Below the pieces are notes generated by a model. It was not told the origin of the DNA. It made no database searches and saw nothing but the letters and a program-made list of their open reading frames with translations. This document shows, piece after piece, positions 1-11,105 of a stretch of DNA of 38,690 bases. This DNA comes from Octopus bimaculoides (Eukaryota). Position numbers and translations under genes: made by a program. The number at the start of each line of letters is the position of its first letter. The first letter of the stretch is position 1. Where the stretch lies: positions 33,927,306 through 33,965,995 of the forward strand of contig NC_069001.1 in the NCBI RefSeq assembly GCF_001194135.2. Direction: 5' to 3'.

Positions 1-143
1 ATAATGCAATGTTCTGTAACAAAGTATATTTTCTTATTGACTTGTTTGTTGTATGGGGGTCATTGAGCATGGAATCAAAGGGAAAATGTATTTTGTATAA
101 CAGCAAGACTTCAAGGAGAACAATGTGGAGAAGGTGTGTGCGT

Positions 144-144
<1 letters not shown>

Positions 145-187
<43 letters not shown>
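145..187. repeat. (CA)n(TA)n microsatellite
   Basis: Direct reading of the dinucleotide run. Confidence 0.95.
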
Positions 188-454
188 GATGGACTCTCCT
201 GTCATTACATGATGTATGAGGGTTTGACAATTTCTTACCGAATAACCACATAGATGATTTGTTTTATGGTGATCAAATGTTTGTGTACACATAAGCTCAC
301 TCCCTCCATCAGATCGACATTACCTGTACAGGTGCAATGGGTGCCACTGGTTGATATTGATCGCAGGGCCTTCTGAGTGGATTCAGTAGACAGCAGTTGA
401 AGTATACCCACAATGCATATATACATGTGTATGCGTGTGTGTCTGTGTGTGTGT

Positions 455-695
455 GTTTGTCTTAGTTACAAGTGTTGATTGTTAATGGGCATCATCACCA
501 TCATACAGACAATGTTGTTCATTTCCAGTCTTCCATGGAAAGTGTGTCTGGCTATAAGAAATATTCTGTTGCTTGGAAACGGGTGAGGGTTGGCAACAGG
601 AAGGGTGTCCAGCTGTAGAAAACCTGCCTCAACAAAAGTACCATCTGACCCATGCAAGCATGGAAAAGTGGATGTTAAACAAAAGATGACAATTA
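455..695 (+). mobile_element. 3' half of a SINE variant ending in an RTE-like tail
   Basis: Body resembles 14170-14265. It ends ...ggttggcaacaggaagggtgtccagctgtagaaa...ccatgcaagcatggaaaagtggatgttaaa, the tail motif also seen at the end of the RTE LINE (36775-36908). Confidence 0.75.
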
Positions 696-716
696 TCTGT
701 CTGTCTGTCTGTCTGT

Positions 717-1282
717 ATAAATTAAAGATGGTGATGTGTGTGTAAATTAAAGATGATGATGATGATGTGTGTGCGTATATGTAAATTAAAGGATGATGAT
801 GTATGTTTGTGTGTATGTGTAAATTAAAAGATGATGGCGACAGTAACATACATATGTGTGTGTGTGTGTGCATGTATGTATGTATGTATGTATGTAAATT
901 AAAAGATGATGATGATGTATGTGTGTGTATGGATTTGTATAAATTAAAAGATGATGATGATGTATGTGTGTGTATGTATTTGTATAAATTAAAAGATGAT
1001 GATGTATGTGTGTGTATGTATTTGTATAAATTAAAAGATGATNNNNNNNNNNTATGTGTGTGTATGTATTTGTATAAATTAAAAGATGATGATGTATGTG
1101 TGTGTATGTATTTGTATAAATTAAAAGATGATGATGTATGTGTGTGTATGTATTTATATAAATTAAAAGATGATGATGATGTGTGTGTGTATGTGTCTAA
1201 ATTAAAAGATGATGACGATGACAATATACGTGTGTGTGTGTGTATATATATATGCCTGTGTATGTATGTAAATTAAAGATAA
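717..1282. repeat. ~42-45 bp minisatellite (unit aaattaaaagatgatgatgtatgtgtgtgtatgtatttgtat), interrupted by an N gap
   Basis: Unit is repeated about a dozen times. It explains ORFs 466..1224(-) and 803..1276(+). Confidence 0.95.
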
Positions 1283-2136
1283 ACATTTATTTAGCCAATT
1301 TGATATTTTAGATGGTTATTTTCTTCAATATTCAATATTTTAAATAAGTTTCATATTTTTATTTTCTAATACGAATGACATTAAAAGAAACTCTCTTCCC
1401 ATTTTATTACTTTATTTCGATTAGGAAGATTTCCTTGCAGGTGATTTAACAAAATATATTGACATTAGTGAGACAGTGTTGACTTTGGTGTTGCATTTGG
1501 ATAATTGTATCTTAGTGAGAACATTCCATTCAAACCAATAATAATAACATCAGTAATAACAAAACAAAAAAAAAAAAAGAAAGCTCTGGTACTGTTATTA
1601 ATTTATGTTTTTGAATCTCTCTCACTTTATTTATTTTGGCAGCACTTGTAAAACCTCTCAATTTGTTTTTCATTTCTACAAATCCAAGATTACTTGTGTG
1701 TCTTTTCCAATTACAGTTAAAATGTTTCAGATATTGGTAGAGTTTTGTATAAAGAAAGTACTTTTTCCGTGTGTGTATAAACTTGCTTAGTTGTACACAC
1801 ACACACACACACACACACTGTCTCTCTCTCTTCCCTTTTTTTCCCTTCTCTCCTCCCCACTTTTTTTAACACACACACAAACACACACACACACACACAC
1901 AGTTATTAAAAAAAAGAATTCGACTTAATCATTTGGGAGCAGGACTATGCTGGTCACCACCCCACAAGGATAGCAATGCACTGGGACTCCTACATACACA
2001 GCCACAGCCTACATCAAATTAGCATTGCACTCCTAAGCTCATGGGGTCCCCACCCCCTGGGACAGCTATCCTGTGTACTTATCTCTTAAAATGGCACTAC
2101 CTGTGGTTATTCTGTTCACTGTACTTGTTGTGGATT

Positions 2137-2315
2137 ACTCTTTTACTCTTTCAGTCATTTGACTGCGGCCATGCTGGAGCAGCGCCTTTAGTCGAGCAAA
2201 TCGACCCAAGTACTTATTATATCGGTCTCTTTTTGTCGAGCCGCTAAGTTACGGGGACGTAAACACACCAGCATCGGTTGTCAAGCGATGGTGGGGGGAC
2301 AAACACAGACAAGAG

Positions 2316-2350
<35 letters not shown>

Positions 2351-2564
2351 NNNNNNNNNNACAGACAAGAGACACACACACACACACACATATATATATA
2401 CGACGGGCTTCTTTCAGTTTCCGTCTACCAAATCCACTCACAAGGCTTTGGGCGGCCCGAGGCTCTAGTAGAAGACACTTGCCCAAGGTGCCACGCAGTG
2501 GGACTGAACCCGGAACCATGTGGTTGGTAAGCAAGCTACTTACCACACAGCCACTCCTGCGCCT
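2137..2564 (-). mobile_element. Full-length tRNA-derived SINE (family A) with internal (TA)n(TG)n
   Basis: Minus strand starts gcaggagtggctgtgtggtaag (A-box-like) ...ggttccgggttcagtccc (B-box-like). The body ends ccagcatggccgcagtcaaatgactgaaagagtaaaagag. Many similar copies occur in the window. Confidence 0.9.
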
Positions 2565-2850
2565 ATTGTTTACAATACTTTCGAGATGCCTATTTCTTTT
2601 GGTTTCTGGTGTCACAGTTTTATATACATACACAATTTTCTTGGGATAGTATTGAACTTACAGACCTTTATTGCTGCCAACAAACTTTCACGATCCTGAT
2701 CAGCTGCGTTCCTTATCTTATGAGATACCATTTTTAGCATCCAGCCACTTTCAAGTATGTCGGTTATTATTACATCTATTCTTTTATGCAAGAGTGGGTA
2801 TCAGGTTTGTGGAGGTGTTAAACCCGTTCACAAACCGGTGTTTGTATTTA
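2565..2850 (-). mobile_element. Possible decayed Penelope-like retroelement fragment (post-RT region)
   Basis: Minus frame reads HKRIDVIITDILESGWMLKMVSHKIRNAADQDRESLLAAIKVCKFNTIP. This resembles, from recollection only, the xxRGYPxxxIxxxIxxAxxxDRxxLL...xIP segment that follows the RT of Penelope-like elements. Confidence 0.35.
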
Positions 2851-2865
2851 TAAGCTTAATGCCAG

Positions 2866-2930
2866 CAATAATAATAATAATAATTATAACAACAATAATA
2901 ATAATAATGATAATTATTATTTTTATTATT
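2866..2930. repeat. (AAT)n/(ATT)n microsatellite
   Basis: Direct reading. Confidence 0.9.
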
Positions 2931-3989
2931 ACATACTGTTGTTGTTGTTTGCAGTATAATCTTACTACCAAGTAATGAACTGGATATATCCCATATTTAT
3001 TTTTTCCATTTTGTTTTTATTACTTTGCCTTTGATGTACCAAGCGAGGGTTTTTAAATAACAAGAGTTCACGGATGGTAGCCTCAAATGTTTGTTTCCTT
3101 GCGAAAGAAATAGATCAAAAGGGATCTGATGTTGCAATACATATCTCACTTCTTTAGCTCATAAAATGTTAAAAACAAACAAACGACCATTGAATATAAT
3201 AAATACTTTTAATGCCATGCTTGATTGATTTGGTTAGAGCAGCAAATAAAACCAATCTAGTGAAGAATTTGTGTTTTTTTATATTATTATTATTATTATT
3301 CAAAGGAAGTTATGATATAATACTGACAGTTACATTTGTAGATTTATGATTTTGGCATTAGTAAATGACCTGAAGATTTCTATATAAAATGAATATCTGT
3401 TGAAATTACTTATAGATTCTTTACATATGTGTTTTATGGTGTATATATACATGTATGCATGTGTGTGTGTGTGTGTGATTTGTGCTATGGTGTAGATGTG
3501 TGTGTGTTATGATGTATATGTGTGTTTTTGAATGGTGTATATGTGTGTGTGTTATGACGTATATGTGTGTTATGGTGTGTGTGTACATATGCTGATATAC
3601 GTACTGAATAATGTATATTGAAAATGTGTTGTTTTGATACCAAAATAACCAACAGATTTTTATGTAGTTTCAAGCTCTGATGCTTAGGGACTTGCACATT
3701 ACATCACTTAGTTCTGTAAACTAGTTACTATTTGATGCATCACTGATGGTTTCGGTGACATTTTTGTGAAATTGTTACTTGGACTATAGCTGAGCAGTAA
3801 TTTGTTTACCCGGTGTTACTGACCGTTGAATTTAGCGTCAACTAAGCTACTTAAAGACTAAATGGAAAAGGAAATATTGTTGATCATATATACAAGAGCC
3901 ATAGCAGTCACTGAGTGGATGGATTTTTTCTCTTTTTGACAAAGAATTGTGACTTTATGGTGTATTGGTGGAGCGCTCTTATGTGAAGG

Positions 3990-4320
3990 GGTGAAGGCAT
4001 GTGGTTTAGGGGTTTGGATATTCAGTTCAGGATCATAAGATTGTGAGTTCGATTCCTGGTAGTGCAACGTGTTCTTGGGCAAGACACTTTATTTCACTTT
4101 TGCTCCAGTCAACTCAGCTGGCAAAAATAAGTTGTACCTGTAATTCAAAAGGGCCAGCCTTGTCATATTCTGTGTTGTGCTGAATCTCCCTGAGAACTAC
4201 ATTAGGGTGTATGCACGTGTCTGTGGAGTGCTCAGCCACTTGCACGTTAATTGCATGAGCTGGCTGTTCCTTCGATCGGATCAACTGAAATCCTTGTTAT
4301 CATAACCAACAGTGTGCCAA
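3990..4320 (+). mobile_element. tRNA-headed SINE (family B), decayed full-length copy
   Basis: Head has gtgagttcgattcctgg (B box). The 3' ~200 nt match the reverse complement of 18585-18760 (ccagccttgtca...gtgtctgtggagtgctcagccacttgcacgttaat...gatcggatcaact...gtgcca). Confidence 0.85.
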
Positions 4321-4374
4321 TAGTGGGAAGGGCAAGAGAAACTCCCATATTTTTTAACATAATTTTTGATAAAA

Positions 4375-4527
4375 AGGGACCAGCCTTGTCACACTCTGTG
4401 TCATGCTGAATCCCCCTGAGAAGTGTGTGGAGTGCTCAGCAGCTTGCACATTAATTTCCTAAGCAGTCTGTTCTGTTGATTAGATCAACTGGAACCCTTG
4501 TCATCACAACTGACAGAATGCCAGATA
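4375..4527 (+). mobile_element. Family B SINE 3' fragment
   Basis: Repeats the ccagccttgtcac...ggagtgctcagc...gatcaactggaaccc segment of 4150-4320. Confidence 0.8.
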
Positions 4528-4734
4528 CATGATGTGTGAATAACAGATGGGAGAGTCACAGCCAGAAAGCTTTTGATCACAGATCTACTCAGCCAGGGCT
4601 GACCTGCGGTCTGAACAGCATCAAGTTAATTAACATGTCAGCAATCGCAAATATTAATTATATGCTACACTATAAAAGAGCCTAGAGTGTGTTGGACTTC
4701 ATTGTCTGTTTAGATTTTTAATTATTGTTGTTGT

Positions 4735-4990
4735 CTTAACACTTTAGCATTTAAACCAGCCAAATCCGGCCAAAATATTCTACCTGTTTTAAACCAGCCA
4801 AATCCGGCCAAAATATTCTACCTGTTTTAAACCAGCCAGATGAAACCTCTCATACATACCCTTCAATGCCATTGTAAAAATACACAGTCACATCATCAAA
4901 ATTCTGAACCTACAAGATAATGCATGATTAATTCAAGACAATTTGAATGAAAAGCGTTACATTTAACAGAATAATCTGAATTCTAAATGG
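4735..4990 (+). mobile_element. piggyBac-type (TTAA) MITE family P1, decayed, with an internal 38-bp tandem duplication
   Basis: Begins ttaacactttagcatt. Internal sequence matches 14457-14682 and 31831-32050. tttaaaccagccaaatccggccaaaatattctacctgt occurs twice in tandem. Confidence 0.75.
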
Positions 4991-5036
4991 CTACTATTTG
5001 AGATGTTGTAGTTATTGAATTATGAAACGATAACCC

Positions 5037-5088
5037 AGAGTTTGATATGATAATTTCATTAGAGTTTGATATGATAATATCATTAGAG
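5037..5088. repeat. 24-bp tandem duplication (agagtttgatatgataat[t/a]tcatt)x2
   Basis: Direct reading. Confidence 0.85.
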
Positions 5089-5255
5089 AATGATTGAACT
5101 GTTTATAAGAAGTTACATCTTATGCGGAAATTTTCTGTCAGTTGATTCCCTAGTTTTCTTACTAGAAACTAAAGTACTGCAGGCATATTGATCCAAATGT
5201 CAAAGAAAGTGTCACATTGTTCTTTGAATCAAACAAATAATACCATTCTCACTAC

Positions 5256-5257
<2 letters not shown>

Positions 5258-5287
<30 letters not shown>

Positions 5288-5455
5288 TTAATGTCTATTT
5301 TTCATGCTGGCATGGGTTGGATGGTTTGACCATAGCTGGTAAGGCCAGGGGTTGCACCAGACTCTATTCTCTGTTCTGGCACAGTTTCTACAGCTGGATG
5401 CCCTCCCTAATGCCAATAACTCCATAGACTGTACAGGGTGCTTTTAACATGGCCC
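5258..5455 (-). mobile_element. RTE LINE 3' tail fragment ending in (GAT)n
   Basis: Plus strand (cat)n tttaatgtc...catgctggcatgggttggatggtttga...ctggatgccctccctaatgccaa is the reverse complement of the tail at 36775-36908. Confidence 0.85.
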
Positions 5456-5489
5456 CAAGTTCTTCATATTTGATTGATTCCACTAATTT

Positions 5490-6005
5490 TTTTCAGTCAA
5501 AAATTATTTATATCCACATGTAGTTTTTCTCAGTATAAAACGTCAAATGTGCTACTCTATTTTTATTACATTTTCCAGTCCCATGTTGGCCTAAAACAGG
5601 CCATGAAATGTTATCATTTCCAACCCTTGCATTGAAATCTTCTAATATGACCAGTTTATCAGAAATTGGTACTTTCCTCAATAATTGCACTAAATCATCA
5701 TAGAGCTGCTCTACAGTTTCATGAGAATGAGACATTGTTGGTGCTTAAATAGAAAGAAACCTACCTTTTGTTAGTTTGGTACATCATGTCATGATTTGTT
5801 CAGATACACCACTTGGAAATTCTGCAATGGAGCATACCAATGAATTCTTGAGAGCAAGCCCAATACCAGATTCTCTATGCTGACCATCAGGTAGGCCTCT
5901 CCAGAAGATAGTATATCCATAAGTAGGTACATTTATCTGATCCTCACTGGAGAGAAAAGTTTCAGAGTGTAACTATATCAAGGGAATATTTATGTCAGAT
6001 CACTG
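5490..6005 (-). mobile_element. RTE-clade LINE, decayed AP-endonuclease coding region
   Basis: Minus translation includes GYTIFWRG...SGIGLALKNSL...APTMSHSHETVEQLYDDLVQLLRKVPISDKLVILEDFNARVG...VLGQHGTGKCN. These match the APE motifs (YAPT, GDFNARVG, G.HG.G..N) of RTE/BovB-like ORFs, with stops and frameshifts. Confidence 0.9.
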
Positions 6006-6625
6006 TTGAATGCTACTGGTAACATGTAATCCAGTTGGCGACTAAACTGGCAACCCCACCAGGCTTGCTTGGTGAGAAAGGTGACTGTTGGACACACCGC
6101 AGGATGAAAAATAAGACCCGTCAAAGGGTGGAGGAACTCATGAGTAGTGAGTGGCCATCCAATAAATATGAGTAAATATGTATATATTGTTTTATATATT
6201 CTGATATTTTATGTATCTTATTTATATTTTTAAATCTCATATCTTTTACATTTTTTTTTATGTATGTGTGAGCTGCTCTGCATCAGCTGCCGGAATGATA
6301 TTTAATATATATATATATATATATACATACACCCACACTCTGCAGTTGCCATATTTGCTTCCATAACTGCCAACTCTGAAGAGTGCAGGGTTACATAATT
6401 GAGCTGTTACCTAACATCCCATTGAACCCCTAGTGTGAAACTGATTGATGTAGATTGGCTGTAATGGATATATAATACTATTTACTTGAATTAATACACA
6501 CACACACACATACTCACACACATACACACACACATTTATATATACATTTATACCTACAGTGGTGCTCCAGCATGGCTGCAGCCGCATGGCTGAAGTGGGT
6601 GAAAGAAAAAATATATATATAATAT

Positions 6626-6783
6626 GGTCTTCTTTTAGCTTTGTCTATCAGATCCACTCGTAAGTCTTTGGTTGGCCTCGGACTAGAGTAGAAAATACTT
6701 GCCCAAGGTACCACACAGTGGAACTGAACCCAGAACTATGTGGCTGGGAAGCAAACTTCTTACCAGACAGCCAAGTGTGTGCC
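6626..6783 (-). mobile_element. Family A SINE, 5' half
   Basis: cttgcccaaggtaccacacagtggaactgaacccagaactatgtggctgggaagcaaacttcttacc matches the family A head. Confidence 0.85.
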
Positions 6784-7227
6784 TTTTTATTGAATTTACG
6801 ATATTTGTTTTACTATTTCCAAGGACATATCCACACTGGTATATGATATTACTTTTTAATATCAACAGTTAATTAAAAATATCAACATTCACTTAATGAG
6901 TGACTCTGCGATGTTTGTTCTTTGCTTCATCGTCTCATTAACTTTAATTAATATATGTTTTCTATGATTCATGTATTACTAATCAATGATAATAATCTTG
7001 TTAATAAATGGTAGAGTGAGCTTATTACTACCAGTAATTAGTTTCAATTGCTGATCGTTAATGGTTATGAAATGGCTAATTGAATAATGTATATCTGTAT
7101 GATATCATTAGTTTTATCTATATCAAGATTAGATTGCTAAGACTTCTGAAGAAAGTTAGTTATGGTACACAAATATGATTTCCATTTAAGATTAACTTCA
7201 TGAATCTCATATATTTTATCATTAGAT

Positions 7228-7402
7228 TTCATCATCATCATAATTTAATGTCCATTTTCCATGCTGTCCTGAGTTCGACTGTTTGGCTCGAGCTGGCAAA
7301 CGGGATAGCCTCACTAGGTTACAGTCATGTGTTTTGGCTTGGTTTCTATGACTGGGTGCCCTTCCTGACAGCAATAACTATAGAGTGTACTGGATGTTTT
7401 TA
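7228..7402 (-). mobile_element. RTE 3' tail fragment
   Basis: catcatcatcataatttaatgtcc...ccatgctg...ggtttctatgactgggtgcccttcctgac. Confidence 0.75.
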
Positions 7403-7404
7403 GC

Positions 7405-7630
7405 TGAATGACTCGACCCCTCATGACTTTTTAAAGCATGGTACTTATTCTATCTGCAACTCTTGCCAGACTGCTAAGTTATGGGAACATAAACACACAC
7501 ACACAGACATATATGCACGATGGGCTTCTTTCAGTTTCTGACTACCAAACTCACTCACAAGATTTTGGTAGCAGTGGGGCCGAACCCAGAGCCATGTGGT
7601 TGGGAAGAAAGCTTCTTACCACACACACAC
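7405..7630 (-). mobile_element. Family A SINE, internally deleted
   Basis: Contains gggcttctttcagtttc...caaactcactcacaag and the head gaacccagagccatgtggttgggaagaaagcttcttacc. Confidence 0.75.
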
Positions 7631-7659
7631 GTTAAAAAATCTTTGCAGTTTTAATTTCC

Positions 7660-8130
7660 GTAACTACGACCACAGCTCACTGGCTTATTAAACATGCTTA
7701 AGAACCGAAAACAAATAAACCCTGATATATATTATATTACTTCAGTGAACGTTATCTTCCACCATTTAAATATCCCTACAATTTTTACGTATCTCTTTTA
7801 AGTTTGTTTTCTTCAAACACTTCTATTTCCCTTCATAAGTAATTATACAGTATTCGTAATATAACCCTTTTCTGCTGCAGGACAGTGATTCTTATTCCTG
7901 TACTTTATAAAATCTTGTGCCATACGTTTAGTACATTATTTTCTATTATTCTTTGCTTATAGTTTTTAACTTCCGTTTCTTGTCTTTAACGATTTTTACA
8001 TAATTTACTTAGTTCTGGTTTCACGGAATGACATATTTTAAAACCCGGACGCATTTATAATGTAACATTTATAATGCAGGGGAGGTAACTACATTTAAAG
8101 CCGTCTAAGGGAAGTAACTATAAGTTAAAG
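7660..8130 (+). promoter_or_regulatory. Candidate promoter / first-exon region
   Basis: Non-repeat sequence with roughly 15 CpGs by eye over ~540 bp, far above the flanks. Has tataaaa at 7906, ETS-like acttccg at 7969-7975 and donor-like GAG|gtaact at 8084/8085. Confidence 0.35.
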
Positions 8131-8764
8131 TGTCGATTCATGTAAATCTCTTACATTAACTTAGATATACATGTAGACAGAAATATTGATGATTAAATCG
8201 AAGAAAAGCAGAAAAGTTTAAAGCTAAACAGTTGTATCTAGAAAATAGATTTGTTAGTCTAAAGCAGTCTTCCACAACATTTTTAAAAATGAAGATATTG
8301 AAAAACAGAAATACATTGAAAAATAATTCAAAATACTGAATTATGTCAGAAAATATAGAACTACTGTTACAGTTTTTGTTTAAATTTTATTTAAGAAGTT
8401 AAAAATAATGAAGACTATTTCCTCTAGAAAATAACTCTTAAAAGAAAGAATAGTTGCATTTTCCCTCCAATTTTCATGTTTGGCATTGTCAAATAGATTT
8501 AGCTAAAATTATAAATTTTGTAACCTAATTTTTAAAATGATCTCAGGCTTGTCCTTACATGTTAAAACCCCTACTCATCTAATGTAATTTCAGAAATCCT
8601 TGATAAGGTATCCCTCTAGACCTTATATGCTATATAATTACCTTTACAATGAAAACAATCAAATAACTTACTGTTTGAGGAGACTTAACTTTATAATTAT
8701 TAAAACTGTGGTGGCAATTAAGTTGAGAAAAAAAATGTCCACTAAATGAATATCACACACACAC

Positions 8765-8890
8765 ACCTTACAGATTGTCTTTTAAATGATATCGTAGGTT
8801 AGGGGTGAGAGGCTGGATTTTGCCAGTTTTAGTGTAAAATGGCTAGATTATTTGAGTCAGATATGGCCAGTTTAAATGTTGAAGCATTAA
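8765..8890 (-). mobile_element. MITE family P1 partial copy
   Basis: gtaggttaggggtgagaggctggat...gatatggccagtttaaatgttgaagcattaa is the reverse complement of the P1 left half. Confidence 0.7.
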
Positions 8891-8957
8891 AGCTCCATTT
8901 ATTAATTATATTAGCACTAAGTTAATCCTTTCCAATACACACATCCACGTTATTTTC

Positions 8958-8994
<37 letters not shown>

Positions 8995-9581
8995 AAATTG
9001 GGATGACAAAGAGATAATTTGTTTTGAACTTCATTAGCTTACAGCTGTTTCTGCTATAGGATGAAATGCACTCACAGTTGAGTGATTGAGTAGCACCCAA
9101 TAGCTTCATCAGAGCTTTTAACATGATGTATCCATTTGTTATCCCATTTTCATATTACTGCTCTGTAGTTGACTGATGCTTCACTCTGAAGCATATGTAC
9201 ATTGAGTTCTAACACTAGGTTATTAGTATCGCAATGCCCAAGCAGAATATTAACATATATACACACACATGTACACTCTGTAATAATCTCAATTCTCAGG
9301 TGCTTAGAATTTTTAGTTATCTTTGATTGCTACCAATTTACTATTTTCCACCCCTGTAAACATGTGCTTTGATGTCTATCTAAAAGAGAGTGAAAATAAA
9401 GCAAAACAAAAAAAAAAAATACACGACAAAAACTGTAGAGTTGTTAAATGAAAATTATAAACTCGTTATTGTTGTGATTTGAAGAGTAACTAATAAGTCA
9501 ATAGGTTTATGTTGTGGAAATTAGTTTCAAACTTGAAGATGGAGTTAAATTGTTAGCTTTCACAAATACACTTTCGTATTA

Positions 9582-9770
9582 CAGCGTGGAAGGTGTTTAT
9601 AAGCCATTTAAAAACATACAAAAACCATTAGATGCAGCACAGAATTTTGTCAGTGAACAGGTCGTGGTTTCAAAGCGATGAAAACATTTTGACAAATTAA
9701 ATTTAAATGTCGAAGGGAATCTAACGGTTTTTGTGTGTTTTTAAATGGTTTATAAACACCTTCCATGCTG
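9582..9770. mobile_element. Palindromic MITE with ~50-bp terminal inverted repeats (Tc1/mariner-like, TA target)
   Basis: cagcgtggaaggtgtttataagccatttaaaaacatacaaaaaccattagat is inverted relative to atctaacggtttttgtgtgtttttaaatggtttataaacaccttccatgctg. Left flank is ta, right flank ca. Confidence 0.8.
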
Positions 9771-9864
9771 CAATTGATTTTCTTTCAGCACACAATCTCA
9801 GATCAAGTCACTTGTTATGCAAGTACATCTCCATAACTTTCATACTGTTTATCTTCTACTTGTT

Positions 9865-10062
9865 GCAGTTATTAGACTGTGGCCATGCTGGAGCAGCACC
9901 TTGAGGAATTTTTAGTCGAATGAATCGACCCAAGTACTTCTTTCCTCCTTTTTTTTTTTTTTTTTAAATCTGCTACTTATTTTATTAGTCTCCATTACTG
10001 CGCCTCTAAACTATGTGACATAAAGATACTAACACTGGTTGTCAAGCAGTGGTGACACACAC
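9865..10062 (-). mobile_element. Family A SINE, 3' half
   Basis: gactgtggccatgctggagcagcacc...atcgacccaagtact...ggttgtcaagcagtggtg followed by (CA)n. Confidence 0.8.
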
Positions 10063-10877
10063 ACACACACATACGCACACAGAGGCAAAACATTCGAGCA
10101 AGGTTGTTGCCAGTGCAGAATTTATCCAATCCCAGGCAAAATCTTTGTCTCCAAAAATCATTATTATTCCCATTGACTTCATAGCAAAATCTATACCTGG
10201 ACTCCAATTACATTTGTACATTCATTGCCACAAACAGATGCAGCTTCTATTATTTTTAAACATTTAAAAAAAAATTTCGTTCCTTCGAACACTCATATGT
10301 TGAAATTGATGGGTGTGAATGTCTGTCTGTTGGTCAATCAATCAATCAATCAATCACGCATGTGTGTATGGCAAAAGGACAAAAAAAGAAAAAAGAAAAA
10401 AAAGAAATTACAAGATGGAATAAGTTCATATAGAGAATCCTTAGTTTAACATTCAGAGAAATGGAAAGATGAGCTATGAAATTTTGTATATTATTCTGTT
10501 AGTTGGAATGTGGCATAGATTGGAAAGAGAGGAGTAAAAACAAGGAAATAAATAGCCAAAATAAATATAGTAATTAACTGTCTTAAAAATGCTACTGTTT
10601 GTCTACCTGGTAGCAATAGACATCAAGAAAACTAATTAACTTGTGCTTTCAAGCAAATATCTTTAGGGATCTGTTTTTGTTTGAGCACCAAAGATGATTC
10701 ATTGTCACTCTAATCATAAGAAAGGAAACTGTTAGTCACAATATGATACATATATGTGTGTGTGTGTGGATGGCTGAAGTGATAGATTGCCGGACACGAA
10801 ATGCCCTATGGACTTTTTTATTGGTGCAGGCATGACTGTGTGGTTAAGAACTAACAAGCTGTCTGTCAACCACACCC

Positions 10878-11105
10878 ATCATCATCATTATCATTATCAA
10901 CATCATTTAATGTTCGTTTTCCATGCTGGTATGTGTTGGATGGTTTGACAGGAGCTGGCCAGTTTAAGAGCTGCCCAAGTTCCATGTCTGTTTTGGCATG
11001 GTTTCTATGGCTGGATGCCCTTCCTAATGCCAACCACTTTACAGAGTGTACTAGGTGCTTTTATGCAGCTCTGGCATGGGTGCATTTATGTGGCACTGGA
11101 ATGGT
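10878..11105 (-). mobile_element. RTE 3' tail fragment
   Basis: (cat)n tttaatgttcgttttccatgctgg...gtttctatggctggatgcccttcctaatgccaaccactttacagagtg. Confidence 0.85.

Noticed and set aside
466-1276. Longest ORFs (252 aa minus, 157 aa plus) with repeated peptides
   Set aside because: They are translations of the 42-bp minisatellite and span an N gap. There is no coding evidence.
717-1282. Regular repeat array superficially like a CRISPR array
   Set aside because: The units are head-to-tail with no unique spacers, the context is eukaryotic and there are no cas genes.
2300-2400. Duplicated acagacaagagac(ac)n(at)n on both sides of an N gap
   Set aside because: Most likely overlapping contig ends rather than a real duplication. 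The same applies to the repeat around the gap at 31575-31660.
9995-10207. GNNNDFWR in the minus ORF recalls the POMT2 MIR-domain GDSNDFWR
   Set aside because: The flanking residues do not match, the frame runs into repeat-derived and microsatellite sequence, and there is no convincing splice context.
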